From: an uncultured Chloroflexia bacterium
GTDB taxonomy: Bacteria > Chloroflexota > Anaerolineae > CG2-30-64-16
NCBI GenBank assembly: GCA_963774265.1
Contig: CAVZDU010000005.1
Span: 128,001-192,000, forward strand
DNA: 64,000 bases
Direction of reading: 5' to 3'
This document shows positions 59,726 to 64,000 of this stretch, piece after piece (the first letter of the stretch is position 1; each line of letters opens with the position of its first letter). Under the pieces are notes generated by a model. That model worked only from the letters and a program-made list of their open reading frames with translations. It had not been told where the DNA came from and did no database searches. The position numbers and the translations under genes are program-made.

Positions 59726-61183
59726 CTATCCGATCCCGATTGACTCACGACCCGTTTCGTTCAGCCACACGCTTACGTCTTCCGGCTGCATCGTCTCCCG
59801 CACGACGCGCGCCAGCTCGCCGGTCAGCGCGTCCAGGTCTGTCTCGTCGCGTGCAACCGTCGCGAACCAGGCGAGCACTTGCTGCGCGTCGTACTTGCGG
59901 CGGAAGAAGCGCCGGTCGACGAAATCCTGCACGCGGCGCCGCAGCGGGCTGAACAGCGCCGCGATCGCCAGGGTCGACGCAACGATGGCGACGGGCGACT
60001 GCGCTCCTGTTGCGCCTCTGAAAAGCTGCTGCAGCACCAGCACGCTGCCGTAGAATGCCAACGCGAGGAGGGACGTGACAACTGCGTAAACCAGCGTGCG
60101 CCGGATGATGACATCGATGTCGAACAAGCGATAGCGCGTGATCGCGACAGCCAGGCAGACGGGCAGCAGGATCAAGAGCCAAAGCATGTCCGCTCCAGCG
60201 CCTGACAGCGTTCCCCGCTGGACGACGATCACCAGCATCAGCATGAAGGGTCCGCCCAACCCCAGGCCCATGCCGAGCGTCATCCAGCGCAGTTGCGCGC
60301 GGGCGATCGGATCGCGCAGTGTCAGCCAGTTGTGAATTAGCGTCCCAAAAATCGACGCGACTGTCAGGGCGATATACAGGCCGAAGCAAACGAATGCCAT
60401 TGACGTCCACAGCGGACTGGCCGTGGTGAGCTCCAGATGGCCGAGAACCAGGGTCGTCAGGATCGCGAAACTGTATAGAACAGCGGGCAACAGGCGCGGG
60501 AAGCGCCGGAGCGGCGCCTTGACCACCGGGAAAGCGAGCGGCAACTGGATTAACGAGGCGAAGAAGAACCAGAACCATGAATAGCCAAAAACGTTGGTAG
60601 CAAGCTGGGCCAAAAATGGAAAGGTCGACTGATAGAGTGATGAGACCGTGAAACCTAGCCACGAGACCGCGAAGTAGTAGGAGAAGATCAGAAACAGGTA
60701 GCGGGCGCCCAGGTTTCCCGGCCGCACGAAGAAGGCATACCCAGCTACCAGCACGATGACCAGCGAGACGATTAGTTCTCGGGGTTCCTCCCTCAGAGAA
60801 TCGAGGATGTTGACCAGCGGCGTGGTGGCGCGAAGTTGAATCAGCGGAACAAGGAGTTCCATGGTCTGCCCGTCCCGCTCGACCGTGTAGCGCACGGTTC
60901 GCCCGACGCGCAGATCGGGTGGAAACGGCGGCGCACCCTCCGGGATCAGACCTTGACCCTCGATGGCCACCACCCGGTCGCCGGGTTGGAGCACCGATGG
61001 CCGGCCCGTCAGGTTCGCTTCGGCGACAAAGGCCCCGAAACGGCCATCGGCCGAGCCATAGCGCCAGCCGTCTTGCGGGAACTGGTACACGTAGAGGCCG
61101 AACGCAATGAAGACCACGAGCCAGCCAACCGATACGGCGAGTGTCAGCCAGGCGCCGGCATCGAAACGGCGTTCATCTCTCAT
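59726..61183 (-). CDS. Multi-TM sensor with extracytoplasmic PDZ-like domain and C-terminal partial GAF
   Basis: [12 protein letters not shown]...YTVERDGQ (PDZ-like); many TMs; RYRLFDID...[11 protein letters not shown]...[13 protein letters not shown]; TGATG coupling to the upstream gene. Confidence 0.8.
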   Translation of the reverse strand: MRDERRFDAGAWLTLAVSVGWLVVFIAFGLYVYQFPQDGWRYGSADGRFGAFVAEANLTGRPSVLQPGDRVVAIEGQGLIPEGAPPFPPDLRVGRTVRYTVERDGQTMELLVPLIQLRATTPLVNILDSLREEPRELIVSLVIVLVAGYAFFVRPGNLGARYLFLIFSYYFAVSWLGFTVSSLYQSTFPFLAQLATNVFGYSWFWFFFASLIQLPLAFPVVKAPLRRFPRLLPAVLYSFAILTTLVLGHLELTTASPLWTSMAFVCFGLYIALTVASIFGTLIHNWLTLRDPIARAQLRWMTLGMGLGLGGPFMLMLVIVVQRGTLSGAGADMLWLLILLPVCLAVAITRYRLFDIDVIIRRTLVYAVVTSLLALAFYGSVLVLQQLFRGATGAQSPVAIVASTLAIAALFSPLRRRVQDFVDRRFFRRKYDAQQVLAWFATVARDETDLDALTGELARVVRETMQPEDVSVWLNETGRESIGIG

Positions 61184-62688
61184 CAGTTCACGCCCTTGAC
61201 CTGGTCCAGGACCGCGGCTTCCTCGCGCTCGCGCCGTTCCCACTCGGCCGGCGGCCGGCCCAACGACCGCCACTCGGGCGCCAGCGGCATCACCCCCAGT
61301 TGATCCACGATGCGCCGCGCGGCCAGGCCCAGGATCGCGTTATACGTGGGGTAGGCGATCTGCAGCTCGGCGAGTTGTTCCGCCCACATGTCGGCGGCCA
61401 TCCCTGCCGCGACGATGTGGACGATCTCGAGCGCCTGGTCACCCACCACATGGGCGGCGATCAGCCGGTGCGTCTCCCGCGAGACGATCAGCTTGCAGAA
61501 GCCTTCGGTGCGGCCGTCGATCACCGCGCGATCCATGTCGGCGTACGGGACGGTGGAGATCGCGCAGTCCAGCTGCTTGCGTGCTTCCTCCTCGGACGGG
61601 CCCACGCTGGCATACTCGGGTTCGGTGAAGCCGCCGTGCGGGACGATTCGGGCGGAGGCGTCCTGCCGTTGACCCGCGCCCAACACGGCATTCTCCGCCG
61701 CGAGGCGGGCCTCCGCGCCTGCGGTCTGCACCAGCATGATGCGGCCCGTGATGTCGCCCGCTGCGAAGATGTGCGGCGCGGAGGTGCGCATAGTCTCGTC
61801 CGTCTGTACGTACCGGCCGTCCGTCTGCACCCCCGCAGCGACGAGGTTGAGTGATGCCACGTTGCCGAGCCAGCCGGTCGACATGATGACGGCCCCGGCA
61901 CGCACAACGCGTCCTTCTCCATTGTTGGTGTAGTTTAGCGCCAGTCCATCTGCGGCGCGCTCGATCGATTGGATGCCGCTGATACCTGTGACCACGGTCA
62001 TGCCGCGCCGGGTGAAAGCCGCTGTGATGGCCGCGGAGATGGAGTCGTCTTCGGCGCGCAAGATGCGCGGCGCGACTTCCAGCAAAGTGACCTGTGCGCC
62101 GAAGGCATCGAAGATGCTCGCCAGCTGGCACCCGGTCGCCGCGCCCCCGACCACGGCGATCGAGCGGGGCAGCCGGTCCAGGCGCCAGATGTCGCTGTGG
62201 GTCAGGCTGAGTTCCTCGCCGGGAAAATCCAGCCGGCGGGCGCGGCCACCGGCGCACAGGATGAAACGTCGCGCCTGGACTCGCTGGCCGCTCTCGCCCA
62301 GTTCGATTGTGTGCGGGTCCACGAAGCGGGCTGCACCGGCCGGTGCAAAGACCTGGACGCCGGATGCCTCAAGGTGTGCGGCAAGCTGCTTCTTCTCGTG
62401 CACCTCGTACACGATCTCTTGCGTGCGGGCGAGGAGGCGCTGGAAGTCGAGCTCGGGGTCGGGCAGCGTGATGCCGTACGCGGCGTACTGCCGCGCGTTG
62501 CTCATCAGCCGCGCCGCGTGCGCGAGCACGCGCGTGGGCACGCACCCATCGTTGGTGCAGGTTCCGCCCAACTGCCCCGCCTCGACCAACGCCACGGACG
62601 CGCCCAGCTCGCGCGCCCGCAACGCCGCGGTGACGCCCGCAGGCCCGCCCCCAATCACGCAAATGTCGACCATCTCGCTCATCTCCAC
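61183..62688 (-). CDS. Pyridine nucleotide-disulfide oxidoreductase (Lpd-like flavoprotein)
   Basis: [20 protein letters not shown] (redox CxxxxC), [15 protein letters not shown]-terminal dimerisation domain ending YPTYNA. Confidence 0.9.
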   Translation of the reverse strand: MEMSEMVDICVIGGGPAGVTAALRARELGASVALVEAGQLGGTCTNDGCVPTRVLAHAARLMSNARQYAAYGITLPDPELDFQRLLARTQEIVYEVHEKKQLAAHLEASGVQVFAPAGAARFVDPHTIELGESGQRVQARRFILCAGGRARRLDFPGEELSLTHSDIWRLDRLPRSIAVVGGAATGCQLASIFDAFGAQVTLLEVAPRILRAEDDSISAAITAAFTRRGMTVVTGISGIQSIERAADGLALNYTNNGEGRVVRAGAVIMSTGWLGNVASLNLVAAGVQTDGRYVQTDETMRTSAPHIFAAGDITGRIMLVQTAGAEARLAAENAVLGAGQRQDASARIVPHGGFTEPEYASVGPSEEEARKQLDCAISTVPYADMDRAVIDGRTEGFCKLIVSRETHRLIAAHVVGDQALEIVHIVAAGMAADMWAEQLAELQIAYPTYNAILGLAARRIVDQLGVMPLAPEWRSLGRPPAEWERREREEAAVLDQVKGVN

Positions 62689-62748
62689 ATCAATCTGCCC
62701 CTACGATAGCCTGCTCGCGTCCGCAAATCGTTACGAAGTCGGCCCGAA

Positions 62749-63990
62749 TCACGTGCGCTTTCCGTCCGCCGGCCGCAGCCACACATCGGTTTTTGCCGGC
62801 TGGATTGTCTCTTGAACCGCGTGCTCCAGTGCGCCCGATAGGGCGTCCAGGTCGGTTTCCTCGCGGGCGACCTTTGCGAACTGCGCCAACACCCGCTGCG
62901 CGTCATACTTGCGGCGGTAGAAGCGCCGGTCGACGAAGTCCTGCACGCGCCGCCGCAGCGGGCTGAAGAGTGCGGCGATGGCAAGGGTGGAGAGGACGAT
63001 GGCCACGGCCGACGTCTCGCCGGTCGCGCTGCGGAAGACTTGCTGAAGCAAGACGACGACGCCGAAATAGACCAGCGCCAGGAAAGCGGACAGCGCCGCA
63101 TAAACCAGGGTCTTGCGGATGATCAGATCGATGTCGAACAGCCGGTAGCGCAGAATGGCGATGCCAATCGCTACGGGGATGAGCAAAATGGCCAGCGCAA
63201 ACAGCAGATTCACGACATAGCCAACCAGGCCATTATTCAGCCCCTCGAGAGGCAAACCGGGCACATACACCGCGGCGAACAGGCCGCAGGCGTAAAGCAG
63301 CCACTTGATCTGCTGTCGCTCAACAGCAGCTGCCCGGCGATATCGGACGAACAGCGCAGCTACGCTGCCCAACGTCAACACACCGAGGCCAATGGACCAG
63401 GGCACCATGAATAGATTGCTCTCGAGCGGCCCCGAAGGAATGAAGCCGATCGGATTAGCGAAACGCAATTCGCTTTTTGTCGGGTGCTGCATCACGTCTA
63501 CGAACAGCGTCAGGAACGTGAAAACCACACACATCGTGAGGGCGAGATAGATGACCCAGCGCCAACGCGGTGAAGGGGGCCTGCCCGTCGGAAAGAGCAG
63601 CGGGACGAGAAGGATCGAAAAGATGACCGGCAGCCACGACCAGCCAGAGAACCAGAGCGCCATGATCTGGGGAGGGCCGGGCGACGTCGCTTCCGAGATT
63701 TGGGATAGGGATCTATCGGCGAACCACGCCAGCACGGAAGTGACGGCGGGAATCATCAACAACGAACCGAGCGAATTGCGCGGCTGGTTGGAGACGAGCA
63801 GGGCAGCCAGAATCGCAAACTCAATCGGTAGCAGTTTCCACAGCAGGTCACCGGCCTGTTTGATGAGGTTATCCCCCGTGTTTCCCTGGATGGTCCCTTG
63901 GACCAGATCGCTGCCGACGGTGAAAAGTGTGGCGATGACGATGATCGCGGACAGCATCCAGGCCAGGATCGAGCGGGTTCTCGGATTCAC
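62749..63990 (-). CDS. Multi-TM sensor with C-terminal partial GAF, no catalytic domain
   Basis: [35 protein letters not shown]...DRRFYRRKYDA...QETIQPAKTDVWL. Confidence 0.8.
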   Translation of the reverse strand: MNPRTRSILAWMLSAIIVIATLFTVGSDLVQGTIQGNTGDNLIKQAGDLLWKLLPIEFAILAALLVSNQPRNSLGSLLMIPAVTSVLAWFADRSLSQISEATSPGPPQIMALWFSGWSWLPVIFSILLVPLLFPTGRPPSPRWRWVIYLALTMCVVFTFLTLFVDVMQHPTKSELRFANPIGFIPSGPLESNLFMVPWSIGLGVLTLGSVAALFVRYRRAAAVERQQIKWLLYACGLFAAVYVPGLPLEGLNNGLVGYVVNLLFALAILLIPVAIGIAILRYRLFDIDLIIRKTLVYAALSAFLALVYFGVVVLLQQVFRSATGETSAVAIVLSTLAIAALFSPLRRRVQDFVDRRFYRRKYDAQRVLAQFAKVAREETDLDALSGALEHAVQETIQPAKTDVWLRPADGKRT

Positions 63991-64000
63991 GATTGCGTCC

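Noticed and set aside
61183-62688. merA or lpdA assignment
   Set aside because: No metal-binding domain or C-terminal Cys pair for MerA, no HPTxxE for Lpd, and no matching operon context.
59881-62967. Diversity-generating retroelement TR/VR pair in the two similar sensor 3' ends
   Set aside because: No reverse transcriptase, both copies are coding, and mismatches are mostly third-position rather than adenine-specific.

Overview
High-GC bacterial chromosome segment. The rRNA sequence, REP-like repeats and protein families suggest Chloroflexota, probably class Anaerolineae; this is inference, not a database result. Many genes, including essential ones (pheT, dnaX) and others such as clpB, PBP1A, the acyl-CoA ligase and two ABC ATPases, are split by single-base indels, most simply explained as uncorrected long-read consensus errors. 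Left to right: (1) the end of an integrated satellite-like element (tyrosine recombinase, small regulators, and a DUF3854-type primase/P-loop NTPase that the ORF track missed) beside pheS-pheT; (2) two secreted modular proteins; (3) a NarL-type two-component system divergent from a MacB/FtsX-like ABC exporter operon; (4) ilvE, clpB, an AbrB/PIN toxin-antitoxin pair and a B12-radical SAM gene; (5) a complete IS inserted into the shared CTAG stop of two convergent genes; (6) GT2, PBP1A, metabolic and transport genes, a YprB/MrfB-like nuclease and dnaX-ybaB-recR; (7) a full rrn operon (16S, tRNA-Ile, 23S, 5S); (8) a short GlmU, a CBS/CorC-type protein and cdd; (9) a minus-strand partner-switching cluster. 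In that cluster two membrane sensors with unrelated N-termini end in the same apparent N-terminal half of a GAF domain. A separately translated PP2C-phosphatase/RsbW-kinase fusion begins with the complementary half and is followed by two STAS proteins. This candidate split-GAF, interchangeable-sensor signalling system is the most interesting signal in the window.
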